Shown here: one piece after another, positions 47,627-61,900 of the stretch
Layout: every line of letters begins with the position of its first letter
Numbering within the stretch: position 1 is the first letter of the stretch
Assembly (NCBI GenBank): GCA_010093605.1
Contig: MU004194.1
Coordinates: forward strand, 1,092,323 to 1,156,322
Length of the DNA stretch: 64,000 nucleotides
Direction of reading: 5' to 3'
Source of the DNA: Lophium mytilinum
Lineage: Eukaryota
Notes under the pieces: generated by a model
The model's database searches: none
Told to the model about the DNA's origin: nothing
Seen by the model: the letters and a program-made list of their open reading frames with translations, nothing else
Made by a program: the position numbers and the translations under genes

Positions 47627-50600
47627 ATGACCTACCAGTACTCTCCCCGCAGCAAGCTGGGCCACCCAGCAACATCGCCTTCCCCTCTCCGCCATGCCTC
47701 CAATGCCTCCACGAACTCCTCCGCATACTCTAACTCGTCCAACCAATACCCTCCTAGTCGCACGAGCACACTCTCCTCCAATGGGTCCGGCACATACGGT
47801 CGTTCAGCACTGGGGCACAGGCGCGGGTTGAGCGAAGCATCCGCTCTGTCAAATCCACCCCGGATCGACAGTTACTATGGCTCAGAGGACTCCACTCCGT
47901 CTAATACCTACAAGAATATGCGACAGTCGCTACGACCCCTTGCGCAGGCACCTGCCAGCTCGCCAATCCAGGAGATACCTCCTGCGGCATCACCGAGTCC
48001 GAAGCACAGTAGATCACAGAGCGTGGACCCTGTCCGCTATATAGATCAAAATGATGGTACAAGTTCGCCTCCGATGAAACCAAGGCCACTCTCCATGGCC
48101 ATCTCCCGATCGGATTCCATACGAGCCCCCACACACGACAATTCTGGCAGACATGGGGCCCACCAACAACTCAGCGCCCACATAGAACGTCCAGAGCTGC
48201 AAAGTTTTGGGAAATCGAGCACCGGTCACCTTCGCGTTCTTTCGAAGTTTGCCGACAGCGCTTCGGACGGCGACTTTTCACCCCTGTCCTCCGGCTCCAT
48301 GGTGGTCGGGTCCCATACGCGTCGGCGACTGCAGCGAAAAGTCTCAAGTGGAACCAAAAAATCATCAATAGGCTGGGCAAGCAGAAACTGGATGGATACC
48401 CAGCGACAATTCTTACAAGCATATGAATACCTATGCCACATTGGAGAAGCCAAAGAATGGATAGAAAACATAATCGACAACGAGCTACCTCCAGTTGTCG
48501 AATTAGAAGAAGCGCTGAGGAATGGCGTGACTCTCGCCGAAGTCGTTCAAGCCATCATCCCCGAGCGACCATTGCGAATATTTCGGAATCCAAGACTGCA
48601 ATTCAGGCATTCTGACAATATTGCCATCTTCTTCAACTTCCTAGCTGAGGTGGAACTTCCCGACATATTCCGATTTGAACTCGTGGATCTCTACGAAAAG
48701 AAGAATATCCCCAAAGTCATATACTGCATCCATGCTCTATCCTGGATGCTACTAGCGAAAGGCATTGTGGGCTTCCGGATCGGCAATCTTGTCGGCAAGC
48801 TGCAATTTGAGGATCACGAATTGGAAGCGATGCAAAAGGGGCTGGACAAATCTGGCATCAACATGCCCAACTTCACAGGCATGGCAGCAGACTTTGGCGA
48901 GGAGCCGGAACCCGAACCCGAGGAATCGGAAGAGGATCGAGTCGACCGGGAGCTGGCAGAGGCTGAACCTACGGTTTTGGATCTGCAGGCTCAGATTCGA
49001 GGAGCACTTGTAAGGATACGGCTCGGCAACTTGATGCAAGAGCTCTGGGACGCGGAGGACACCATAGTTGACCTGCAATCAAGGATAAGAGGCGACTTCA
49101 CCAGGCAGATTTTCCAGTACCGATTGGACATGCGCAACTTTGCAGTCAATCTACAAAGTGCTGCGAGAGGATTCCTCGTCCGGTCGAGGAAACAAGGCGA
49201 AGAAGAGTACTGGCGGGACAAGCAGAAAGAGGTGGTCACAGTTCAGAGTCTATTCAGAGCGCGCCAAGCTCGAGCAGAAGTCCAGCACGTAAAGTCCAAG
49301 GTCCAGCGACATGAAAATGGCATCCGGAGCTTCCAAGCGGCAATCCGAGGAGCTTTAACGAGAATGAAAGTCGGAGATCAATACGAGAAGACCAGGGAGG
49401 GTGAGGCTGTAATGCACGATCTGCAAGCAATGATTCGAGGTGCTTTAGTACGACGCAAGATGGATCAGGATCATGCCGGTACAAAAGAGTCTGAGCCAGG
49501 TTTAGCTATCCTACAAGCCGCCGCCCGTGGAATGCTCCTTCGACAATCAATGCGTACCGACCAGGAAGCCCTTCGTCAGGAAGGATCGGTCATTACTTCA
49601 TTGCAGGCCGCTGCCAGGGGCCTCGTTGCCAGACGGCAACATGCGGAAATCCAAGACAGACTGGTAAGCAGGAATGTCAATTGGTCCGATTTCCAAGCTC
49701 AGGTCCGAGGAAACGCTTTGAGGGACTCGCTTAAGCAACTGCGGGAGCAGCTTGAGCCAGAATCTCCGCGTATTATCGAACTCCAGGCCGCGGCGAGGGG
49801 CTCTCAGCTTCGAAAAGAAGTTGCACAGGCTCTTGACGCGTTGACAGCGCAGGAAACACTTACCACTCAGTTACAGGCTTTTGCTCGAGGCTTCATGAAC
49901 CGCCAAAGGCACTTTTCTGACCTCAAAGCGTTACAGGCACAAAATCCCACTATAATTGACCTTCAATCAGCATCTAGAGGATTCGTCGAGCGCCAGCGGA
50001 CGTATGAGCTGCTTTGCGATCTCAATCAGCACGAGCCAGAAATTGTTTCACTACAAGCACTAGCTCGTGGAATGCTCCTCCGAGCTGATGTTGGAAGTAT
50101 GCTTGGTTACCTAGACTCCCACGAAGATGCCATTGTCGAGTTGCAAGCTTTGGCTCGAGGAATGGTCATCCGACGACATTTTGTGGAGAAGAAGAAGTTC
50201 TACAAACAGAACATGGAGAAGGTCATCAAGCTTCAGAGCTTCATTCGAGGGCGACAACAAGGTGAAGCCTACAAGAGCTTGACAAGTGGAAAGAATCCTC
50301 CGGTCGGCACTATCAAGAATTTTGTTCATCTTCTGAACGACAGCGATTTCGACTTCGATGAAGAAATTGGTACGTGATTCTATGAAGCATTGTCGTTACC
50401 CTGAACTAACACTATGAAGAATTCGAGCGTCTCCGCAAGACGGTAGTCCAGCATGTACGACAGAACGAGATGGCCGAGCAGTACATCGACCAACTCGATA
50501 TCAAGATTGCGTTACTTGTCAAGAACAAAATCACTTTAGACGAAGTGGTGAAGCACCAAAAGCACTTCGGCGGCCATGTTGGAACTCTTCTCAGCAGTAA

Positions 50601-52883
50601 AGACATCTCGTCCAAGGATCCTTTCGATCTTAAGGCCTTGAACAAGAATTCCCGAAAGAAGCTCGAGCACTACCAGGAACTCTTCTTTTTCCTACAAACG
50701 CAGCCTCAGTACCTTGCGCGCCTCTTTAAGCGAATAAGGGAACAGGGGCTTCCCGAGAAAGAATGCAAGCGTATTGAGCAGCTGATGATGGGGCTCTTTG
50801 GTCTGGCCCAGAAACGACGAGAGGAGTACTACTTGCTTAAGGTCATGACGAGGTCTCTCAAGGAAGAGATTGATGGATGCTCCAGCCTCCAGGAATATCT
50901 CCGTGGAAATTTCTTCTGGGCAAGGATCTTCAATGGCTATATCCGATCTCCTCGAGATCGCAAGTTCTTCCGTGATCTCTTCGGCCCCTTGATCAAAAAC
51001 CACATCATGGAGAACGAAGAGCTAGACCTGGAGAGCGATCCTCTTCAGATTTATAAATCACTGATTAACAACGAAGAGCTGAGGACGGGCCAAAGAAGTA
51101 GAAGAGTGCTGGATATCCCCCGTGAGGAGGCGATCAGAGATCCCGAAACACGAGAAACCTTCATTCATCACCTTCAGGATCTTCGAGACATCGCTGATCA
51201 ATACTTCGCCGCTTTTGAGGAGGTTATGCACAAAATGCCGTACGGAGTTCGTTATATTGCGCAGCAAACATTCGACTCCCTGCGTCTCAAGTTCCCGTAC
51301 GAGCCTCAAGAGCAACTGCTTCAGATAGTCGGTCACTGGGTCTGGAAGTCCTACCTTCAACCCGTCTTATTGCAACCTCAGCACTGGGGAGTCTTAGATC
51401 GTGGATTGACTCCGCTATGCAACCGGAATCTTGGAGAAGTGGCCAAGGTCCTTGGTCAGATTGCAGCTGGAAAGCTCTTTGGGGGAGAAAATGTGTATCT
51501 GCAACCGCTCAACAACTACATCACCGAAGCTATCGACCGCTTACAGGAGCTCTGGAATAGCAGTAAGTTGATTTTGGTCTCATTGAATTACCGATGTTAA
51601 CATATTTGACAGTGATCACTATCCGTAATGCTGAGGAGCAATTCGACATTGATGCATTCAATGACCTTTACGCTCGCACGAAACCAACGCTTTATATTAA
51701 ACTCGCAGACATATTCGCCATTCATAACCTCGTAGTAAATGACCTCAACGCTCTATGTCCCGCTCAGGATGACCTCCTTCGAGACGTCATTCGTGAAGTG
51801 GGCAGCGCAAAAAACAACGAGAACGAGATGTTGCACGTTAGCTCCGCCGAGATTACGCTGACTCTCAACCCCAAGCTTCATGAGGTCGAAGGTACGTACG
51901 CTTCCGTTCATGTGTCAATATTGTACTAATAGAGCTTACTAGATCCCGACTCTGAGGTCAAAGCACTCTTCATGGAAACAAAACGCTACGTTCTCTACAT
52001 AATCCGCATTCAAACTGGCACGAACCTCATGGAAATTATGGTCCGACCCATCACCCCCGACGATGAAGACCGCTGGGACGCTCTGGTCCGCGAAGAACTT
52101 ATTGTCCACGATACACACCGCCGTGCCAGCAAAGTCCAATCCTCCGCCGCCTCCACCTACACAACCGATATGCAATCCACCACTCTCCTCGACATGGACT
52201 ATCCCTCCCTTAAACGCCAAGCTCTAGAAAACATTTTGCACCTAGAACGCTCAGGCCGCATTTCACGCCACAATCACTACCAAGACATCCTCAACGCCAT
52301 TGCCGTCGACATCCGCACGAAGCACAAACGGCGCATACAAAGAACGAAGGAACTTGAAGGCGTGCGGGCCACGCTCAGCGCGCTCGACGAAAAAGCCGAG
52401 TTCCTAGATCAACAGCTAAAGAGCTACAACAACTACATCGAGCAAGCCATGGTCACCCTCCAGAACAAGAAGGGAAAGAAACGCTTCCTCCTCCCCTTCA
52501 CCAAACAGTACAACCACGAACGCGAGCTCCAGCGCTCCGGGCGCGTCTCCAAATTCGGCAGCTTCAAGTATAGCGCCCGTACGCTCGCTGAGAAGGGCGT
52601 TTTAATCGCCTGGAACGGCTACGCCGAGCGTATGTGGGACAAGCTCGACCTCACCATCTCCAGTGACTCGATTGGTGTCTTTAGGCTCGAGGGCAGCCAA
52701 GGCAGCATGATGATTCCTGGTGCGAGTGTGGAAGTGAAGCTAGATGACCTCCTCCAAGCACAATTTGATAATCACCAGTTCATGAATCTGTTTGGGGAGG
52801 GCGAGAAGGGTGCTGGTACGCTCCGGTTGAACGTCAATCTGCTGCTGCATCTCGTGTTCAAGAAGTTCTATCGGGATGAGTAA
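47627..52883 (+). CDS. IQG1: IQGAP-family protein (Iqg1/Rng2/SepG), 4 exons
   Basis: CH domain AYEYLCHIGEAKEWI..DLYEKKNIPKVIYCIHALS, about 15 LQxxxRG IQ repeats, RasGAP-related region and RasGAP_C ..NVNLLLHLVFKKFY. Confidence 0.95.
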
Positions 52884-54618
52884 GCGGGGAGTGTGTACGA
52901 GGAAAAGTTTTGCGCGGAGCGCTGCATAGCATGGGCATTGGATGAGCGGTGTTTGGTTTGGCTGGCTTTGGAAAGGGGCATTTAAGGCTGGCTGGATAGG
53001 TGGGAACGGGGGTTGGGCTGCATAGCATACTTGCAGGAGCGTTGTAGTAATTGGCGCAGCTTGTCGTTAAGGGGTAGCATGGCTGAGTCTGTGTCTGGCG
53101 TTGGGGGTTCGAGTGTGCGACTGTATGACGGATTCATGGCTTTACTTACGGTACCCTACCTACTTCTTCTAACTATACATTTTTTTGAATGAGAGATGGT
53201 TTATGATGATAATGGAAGGGTTCCTGAAGTGGAGTTAAATGTGTCGAAATATCTTGGAAATGTGACTTCGGATTCATGAACCTGCGATAAATTGCATCGT
53301 CTTCATACTGTAATGTGGTAAAAGATGCAGTAGAGGACTTGGTGCGGGGCAATTGGCTATTAATATAGGTAGGAAAACGGCTGTCATGATTCAGAGACTC
53401 GGAATTTGGTTATCGCTCTTGAATCTCGAAAGTATGTTGAAGGCCTTCAAGCGTGCAAGCGCGTGGAAGGACAGCTATGAACTCATCACGTTCATTTCAC
53501 ACGTTCCGACATTTTATAGTGGATGCGTGCGAGTTAGGTATATAGGATTCAACTTTTGTCGACCTTGAAAATGCTTTAAGGGGCCCCTGGATGGAAGTGG
53601 AGAAGTTGCACTTAATGTATAGTTTCGACGCGCAAATTTTACTTGTCGGAAAGTCCAGACTGCGGTAGGCCGGACGTACAGATGGACGACTGAGGTTGAG
53701 ATTTGGGTAATGCAGGCTGCAGTTTCTTATTCAACGGATAGCGTAGCAAATGCCTGTGTGTTACAAGGAATATCTCGTTCGTTGGAATTCAGATAGGAGC
53801 ACATTGCCACACATTTCTTTCTGGCTCTATAATTTTAGAAAAAGGATGATGATAGAACCCCCCTGCGTGATTGGTTTACAGCCAATGCCTGATAGAGCAA
53901 CATAGCCGGGTGACTGCTTTTCGCTCCTGCGACATGATCCTCTTTGGATTACAACAACTGGCTAGGCTTAGGCATATCGACTCTCTTGGGCTCGACAAGA
54001 GTGGGGGAGGGAGCATACCTACCGTGCCCATTGGCCTCTACAAACTAGCATGAAGCGTCAATATGGCATATGTACGTAGTTTTATGCATTGATCGTTTAT
54101 GATATTGGAGAGGATGCATGAACACAGAGAGGGGGATGTCGATTTGGCATAGGTGGGGTAGCTATTGAGAGGGAGACTTTGGTTGACGGGGCGAAATTCT
54201 TTGTGGGAACGACGAAAGCTATTTCGATAGGAAGAGATTGGAGAAGCCTCATCGTGAGGCTGGGAATATGCTTCACAGCGAGCTTCTTACACCGCTGCTT
54301 GAGTAGAAGTGGGCAGGTGACTCATGGGATGAAGCTTCGTTGATGTACATACAAATTGGCATCGCTATCTATGCATCTCTTCGCACGGCCTGGACAATTT
54401 TTATCAGCACCGGACTCAGCGTGCGCGGCAGTTCGTTGAAGGCAGCACACCAGCCACAGACATTGCGGCCCCCTTATATACCATCATTGCGAGCCGGAGG
54501 CATCACATGAGGGCTTCGGACGAGAGTGCGGGTCGAGGTTTGCCGCCGCGCTTTTGAAACTCACTCTCCAGACCCCACCTCATAGCTGTAGCGATATCGG
54601 TGCTCAACGACGGTCCAG

Positions 54619-57000
54619 ATGATTTCGGGCATGTCCATGTCTCCGACGACTCCAGGGAACGGAGCCCATCCTGTCCTTTCCTACGGCAACAGCCCATCGA
54701 GCGCCCGTTCGCACGGCTTCAAGCGCCCCAACGACAGCGACGATGAGCAGGACAATGGCCCGGAAGGGCGCATGGCGAAGGCAGCACGGCAAGCTGCCGT
54801 TAAGCGTGCGTGCAACGAGTGCCGGCAGCAGAAGGTATGTTACGGCCTTGCGCTCAATTGCAATGCGCTAGATATATGGGCGCAATCTTTTCAACACTTC
54901 ACCACTGACGCGCTTCTTCTAGCTCCGCTGCAATGTCCAACAGGATCCTTTCCAAGAATGCTCGCGATGCTCCAAGCACAAACTTACCTGTGTAATCGAA
55001 CCCAATTTCAAGCGCATTGGCAAGCGGAGTCGTAACGCCGAGATGGAGAAAGAGATGGCAGAGTTGAGGGCGAGGCTGGCACACTATGAGGGACAGGGCA
55101 GGCCGTCGCAACCCATAATCAATACTCCTGTCCAGAGCTCCGAGACGACCATGTACTCTGGCAACTACAATGAGGAGGAGACGTACGCTGGGCCACACCA
55201 CCAGGCAATTGCCTCCTTGCTCGACCTGCGTAGCGGCTCTCCGAATACCATGAAGTTTCAGGCTCTGGAGAAAGTGGTTCTTGCGCCCGACCGCATTGAA
55301 GAGCTATTCCACGAGTTCTTCACAAACTACCACCCAATACTGCCCTTTCTCGATCCTATCCAGTCGCCAGAGGAGTATTGTAACGATTCTCGGTTGCTGT
55401 TTTGGACCGTCATCAGCGTTGCTGCTCGACATTTCGCCCCAGACCCAACCTTGCTCGACACTCTCAAGGAACCATTGATCAAATTGATATGGCAGACTGT
55501 TGCAAAAATCCCCCAGAACCATTTCATTGTTAAAGCTCTCTGTCTTCTCTGCACCTGGCCGCTCCCAACCAGCCGCACGTCTACAGATCCTACTTTCATG
55601 CTCTGCGGACTAATGATGCAGATTGCTACACAAATCGGCCTGCACCAGCCTACTCATCCTCAGGACTTCTCAAGGATGAAACTTCGTCTGAAGCGCGAAG
55701 ACCTTGATGACAGGCTTAGGACATGGGCCGTTTGCAATATCGTTGCACAAACGTAGGTCGGACACTAACTCCTTACCACGCTTCCGCTAACTTCTGATGG
55801 TGTCTCTACTGGTTTTGGGCAGCCTTCTGTAACTCTCTACGACTCTACGCTTGACTTCAGCCCCGAAAATGAGCAGCATATGCGGATTGTGCCGCCGGAA
55901 TTATTCACTCGTCTACGGCAAGAAATGGCGGCCGATAGGATTACGAAACTGTTATATCTCTCCAGTGGCAGTAACCAGCCCGACAAAGCTCATGACAGCA
56001 ATGGAAAGGCAGTATTTTACGCCAACCTAGAAGCAGACAGGCTCAATGAGGAGCAGAGCAGGTTTGAAGCAGCTGGCCTAGTCACAGGTAAGCTACCTCC
56101 AAGAAGAACGCATGGTTTGCCCTAATTCAGTATGTGATAGATATGGAAGCATTGAACTACCATGCTGTTCTTCTTCATCTTCGCTTGTACGCCTTTTTCG
56201 ACACAATATCACCAACAGGTGGCCGAGATGATTTACTCGACTTGTACTTCGCCGCAACCAGCTTCCTCAACCGTGCATTTCCCATGGTGGAGGCAGGCAT
56301 CCTCAGATATGCCCCCAACTACATCATGCAGATGATCCTCGCCGCGGGTTTTGCGTTGCTCAAACTACTCAACTCAGATTTCGCGGCTAAGCTGCCTGCT
56401 GAGGATGGACGCCATTACCTCACGCGCACGATCACTTCAATCCGCGCAATAAGTGTCTCCAAAAATGACCTCCCTCTCCGCTTGGCCGAAGTCCTTGCTC
56501 AGCTATGGAAAGCAAGTGGTGGCGGGAGCCTCAAATTCTCGAGCACGTCACAGTCTCCAGGAATCGCCAACGCTCCTCTTCCCAACATTTTCGCCCATCA
56601 ACCTCCTCCTCGCCGTGGAAGTCCGGGCATGGACGACCCTCTCCGACTTCGAGTCCGTAGCCGCATGAGCATGAGCGTTGTATTCGACTCAGTCTGGCGT
56701 TGGCGCGAGACACAAGTCAATGGCGCCGGGGAGAACCTCGACACGACCGTTGTCAACAACCCAACGAACCCTGACAGCTCGACCAACTCAACGCCTCCCG
56801 CAGGCATGCCAATGGAAGGTAATCTCATGACAACCCAGCTGAATCAGAATCTCTCGGCCTTGAGCATGCCTTTGCCCATGGCTAATGGCCTGGCTAGTGC
56901 GAACAGCTATGAGTTTTTCGATCCGGTTAGCTGGATGCTAGACGTGCAGCCTGACTGGAACGTCTATGGTGGAAGCTATGGAGCTGATTTTGGCGCTTGA
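54619..57000 (+). CDS. leuB: Zn(II)2Cys6 transcription factor, LeuB/Leu3-like (4 exons)
   Basis: KRACNECRQQK|LRC..CSRC..C..NFKRIGKRSRNAEMEKE, ALCLLCTWPLP, RVRSRMSMSVVFDSVWRWRE and acidic tail YEFFDPVSWMLD. Intron 2 acceptor is anomalous. Confidence 0.85.
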
Positions 57001-57816
57001 AAAGATGGATTGCGGGAGAACGAAAATGTGATGATTGTGCTAATTCAGTAAACCAGGGAACCAACGCTCCAGCAAGGATCACAATGCGAGTTCCACATTG
57101 AAACCGGATTGGAGCGTCGTTCTTGAAAACATATCAGCCTTCGCCGATGAACCTGATCTAGACTTCGGAATCTTCCAGGGCACCACGATGTGTTTGCTGC
57201 GGATTCCCATCATGGATCTGACCTTATAAAGACTGGAGCATTCTGTTTCCTAAAGAGACAGGCGCTGTGAAAACACGAATTGATGGTTGCATTCATGGTT
57301 TTGGTACGGCTTAAAGGTGGGCAAGGGACTGGCATTCTGCATTATGGTGGCGTCGGAGTGGGCATACCCTTGATTTTATTTCTGTTCGGGTATCTGTTGC
57401 GTGGCGTCCGGATGCCTGGCATAAAACTCTCATGGCGTTATCAGTACGGGTTTGTAGATTGTGGATAATTCTTAGTGTTTCCATATGTCCATAATCTTGG
57501 TAGTAATCTGAACGAATCGATAGACAGAAACGGGCATAATTCTGAGTGAAAAGTCAATAGAAAATCCTCTTTGACGGAAAGTGACGATCACAACGCTCAA
57601 GTGGACAACATTGGAGATGAATTCTGATCGTGTGTTCATTGTCGAGCTGTATCAATCTGTCGTCCTCAGCCCAGGTCTCCCCCTACGGACAATGACCATG
57701 AGATCGAAATTGTGCCTGTGCCGGCCCAAAGAAGCATTGTGAGCCTCCAATGCAAGTGAACACCGATATCCCTTCGTTTTGGTCACAACCCGCTCCTACG
57801 CCCAAGCATTCATCGC

Positions 57817-58483
57817 TCAGCGCTTCTTCTGTTGCGACTCCTTGAGCACCTTCTTGACGATCTTCTGTTCTGTAGGGAAGTTAGAACTGCGGTAGAGCAG
57901 GCGAGTACGGTCCCACTCACCCTCGATCAAGAAAGCCCTGGTGATCCGGTCCTTGACGCAGTTGGCGCAGCGGCTGCCACCGTATGCCCTGTAACTTTTC
58001 AGCATTCCGTCGTCCCCACTTCACCTTATCCAGACTGACCTCGAGACGCTCTTCTTCGGTCGGCTAATGGTTGCGTATTCGCGGGGACGGAGGGCCTTGA
58101 TGCCTGGGAGCTTGGTGCCGCAGTCTATCCTCTGTTATCAACTGCTCCTTTCAATATCGCTCGAGTCCGGGAGACGTACCACCGCACTTGGGCGACGAGC
58201 CGGCCTTCTTGATGTGCAGGTATCCTTTAGGTTTGATCAGTTGTGCGCTTGCTTCGTGGTATGGAGGAATTCGTACGTAGCTTGCCACCAGGAGTCTATT
58301 TCGCATTAGAAAGATTGAACAAAAGCAGGACTAGCTCCAGATTGCAGATTCTCACCTTGATGATGCGGACTTTGTTGCTCGCCGTGTTGTCTGTCGAAAT
58401 TAGTTTCTGCGCTGTCGCAATGCGGGCCCGTCCGTGTGCTTACACGTCTTCCGGCGGCGGAAGGTCAATCGGGTGGAAGGCAT
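57817..58483 (-). CDS. RPL34: 60S ribosomal protein L34 (eL34), 7 exons
   Basis: Reconstructed [114 protein letters not shown] across six GT-AG introns. Confidence 0.96.
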
Positions 58484-58928
58484 TTTGACGATATTGCCTT
58501 GCAATCAGCACTTCGACAGCAGAAATCCTCGGGCGTGGTGGTGATGGGAGGGAGTTGTCGTTGGTCGTCGTCTCGCGTCAGATCGAGATTTCTGAATTTC
58601 GGGAAGTTGGTGGGTAAGCTAGGCCGAGTCGGGGCTAGCCGTCTTAGCGCTTTAATGCACGTCGCGAACGCAAAGATTCATTCCCCGTGCTCGCTGCCTT
58701 GCCACTGCACCTGCATCTCCCCCCAATCTTCCCCCATCACGAGGGTCGTGGAAAGTGATTTGCTTCTCTTTCTCGCAATCTCTACTGCGGTCTGAGAGTT
58801 GCCCTCTTTTGTAACGCGTGCTTTAAGCGCGCTCCTGAGCCGGAGAGCTTCCCTCGAGTTTGCGCCTTCGACTCCACCTCGATCGTCGTCCTGCTTCGAG
58901 CGCGACGACCGTCATCTACCTCGACACC

Positions 58929-61900
58929 ATGTCGTCTCTTCCTCCTGCGCCGCCAGGATGGGCGGCTCCTCCACCGCCTGGCGCACCTCCAGGAATGTCT
59001 CTCGCGCCTCCACCTCCTGGATACCGGCCTCCCGTCGACCCCCAAGTCGCCAAGTTTGCGCAGAAGAAGAAGGATTGGCTGCGCACGCAACGCCAGCGAT
59101 ATGGCGAGAAGCGCAAGGGCGGATTCATCGAAACACAGAAGGCGGATATGCCCCCGGAGCATCTCCGCAAGATCGTCAAGGATATCGGAGACGTGTCACA
59201 GAAGAAGTTCAGCAGTGACAAGCGCAGCTACCTAGGGGCTCTGAAGTTCATGCCCCATGCCGTTCTTAAGCTGCTGGAGAACATGCCAATGCCGTGGGAG
59301 AGTGCTAGGGACGTGAAAGTCTTGTATCATGTCAACGGCTGCTTGACACTGGTCAACGAGATTCCTAGGGTCATCGAGCCGGTATTCCATGCGCAGTGGG
59401 CGAGTATGTGGGTTGCCATGAGGCGGGAAAAGAGTGATAGGAGGCATTTCAAGCGGATGCGATTCCCGCCGTTCGACGATGAGGAGCCGCCTCTTTCCTG
59501 GTCGGAGAACATCGAAGACGTCGACCCGCTGGAGCCGATTCAGATGGAACTAGACGAGATTGAAGACGCGCCCGTGTTTGACTGGTTCTACGAGCATAAA
59601 CCTCTCGGAGACTCCTCCCATGTCAACGGACCAAGCTACAAGGAATGGAATCTAACGCTTCCCCAGATGGCCACGTTGCATCGGCTCAGTAGTCAACTGC
59701 TGAGCGACATGGTCGACAAGAACTACTTCCACATGTTTGACCTGGAGAGTTTCTTCACGGCCAAGGCCTTGAATGTTCCCATTCCGGGCGGTCCACGATT
59801 CGAGCCGCTCTACAAGGACATCGACCCGAACGACGAAGATTTTGGAGAGTTCAACGCCATAGACCGTATCATCTTCCGCTCGCCGATTCGCATTGAATAC
59901 CGAGTCGCGTTCCCGTTCCTCTACAACTCACTCCCTCGGAGCGTGAAGCTATCATGGTATTCGCATCCACAAACCGTTTACGTGAATACCAAGGATCCGA
60001 GTCTGGATGCATTCTACTTTGACCCCGTCATCAACCCAATCTCTTCGCGATCGGTTGCTCCAAAAAACCTCACGATCAGCCATGAGGACGATATCTTTGG
60101 CGCTGGTAACGATGAGGAAGATGAGGAGTCTATGTTTAAGCTTCCTAAGGGGTTCACCCCTTTCTTTGACGAGGAGGATCTTTTCACGAGCGAAACAGCG
60201 TCTGCAATCGCGCTATGGTGGGCCCCGTTCCCATTCAACAAGCGATCTGGGAAGATGGTTAGAGCGCAAGACGTACCATTGGTGAAACAGTGGTATCTCG
60301 AGCACGTTCCAAAAGATCAACCCGTCAAGGTGCGGGTGTCTTACCAGAAGCTGTTGAAGACATTTGTTCTCAATGAGCTTCACAAAAAACAACCCAAGGC
60401 TCAAAACAAGCAGAACCTAATGCGTTCGCTCAAGTCGACAAAGTTCTTCCAGCAGACCACTATTGATTGGGTCGAAGCAGGTCTTCAAGTCTGTAGGCAG
60501 GGCTTCAACATGCTCAACTTGTTGATCCATCGCAAGAATCTTACATACCTCCATCTCGACTACAACTTCAACCTGAAGCCTATCAAAACACTTACGACAA
60601 AGGAGCGCAAGAAGTCTCGTTTTGGAAACGCGTTCCATCTAATGCGCGAAATTTTACGCCTGACAAAGCTTATCGTGGATGCGCAAGTCCAATATCGCCT
60701 TGGCAACATAGACGCTTTCCAGCTTGCGGACGGTATCCTCTACGCCTTCAACCATGTTGGGCAGCTGACTGGTATGTACCGTTACAAGTACAAGCTTATG
60801 CATCAGATTCGATCCTGTAAGGACTTGAAGCATCTGATCTACTACCGCTTCAACTCCGGTACCGTCGGAAAAGGACCGGGATGCGGTTTCTGGGCACCGG
60901 CTTGGCGAGTCTGGCTATTCTTCATGAGGGGAATCATTCCTCTACTCGAGCGCTGGCTTGGTAACCTCTTGTCGCGTCAATTCGAAGGACGGCACAGCAA
61001 GGGTGTGGCGAAAACCGTGACGAAGCAGCGTGTGGAGTCGCATTTCGACCTAGAGCTCCGGGCAGCCGTCATGACTGATCTCATGGACATGATGCCTGAA
61101 GGCATCAAGCAGAACAAGGTCAATACGGTTCTTCAGCATTTGTCAGAAGCGTGGAGGTGTTGGAAGAGTAACATTCCATGGAAGGTTCCTGGACTTCCTG
61201 CTCCGATTGAGAACATCATTCTGCGTTATGTCAAGAGCAAAGCAGATTGGTGGATATCTGTGGCGCACTACAATCGCGAGAGAATTCGAAGAGGTGCCAC
61301 TGTCGATAAGACTGTCGCCAAGAAGAACTTGGGGCGGTTGACTCGTTTGTGGTTGAAGGCCGAGCAAGAGAGACAGCACAACTACATGAAGGATGGTCCT
61401 TACGTATCCTCGGAGGAGGCCGTCGCGATCTACACAACTACCGTTCATTGGCTTGAGTCCAGGAAGTTCCAACCTATTCCTTTCCCCAGTGTTTCCTATA
61501 AACACGACACCAAAATCCTGATCTTGGCGTTGGAGCGTCTCCGCGAAGCATATTCCGTCAAAGGCCGTCTAAATCAGAGTCAGCGAGAAGAGTTGGCCCT
61601 AATCGAACAGGCATATGATTCTCCTGGAACTACCCTGGCTCGAATCAAGCGATTCTTACTTACTCAGCGTGCCTTCAAGGAGGTCGGCATCGATATGAAC
61701 GATAACTACAGCACTATAAATCCTGTATATGACATCGAGCCGATCGAGAAGATTACCGATGCCTATCTCGATCAGTATCTCTGGTATCAAGCTGATCAGC
61801 GACATCTTTTCCCTGCCTGGATCAAGCCTTCCGACTCGGAAGTACCACCTCTGCTGACCTACAAGTGGGCCCAAGGTATCAACAATCTCGACAAAGTCTG

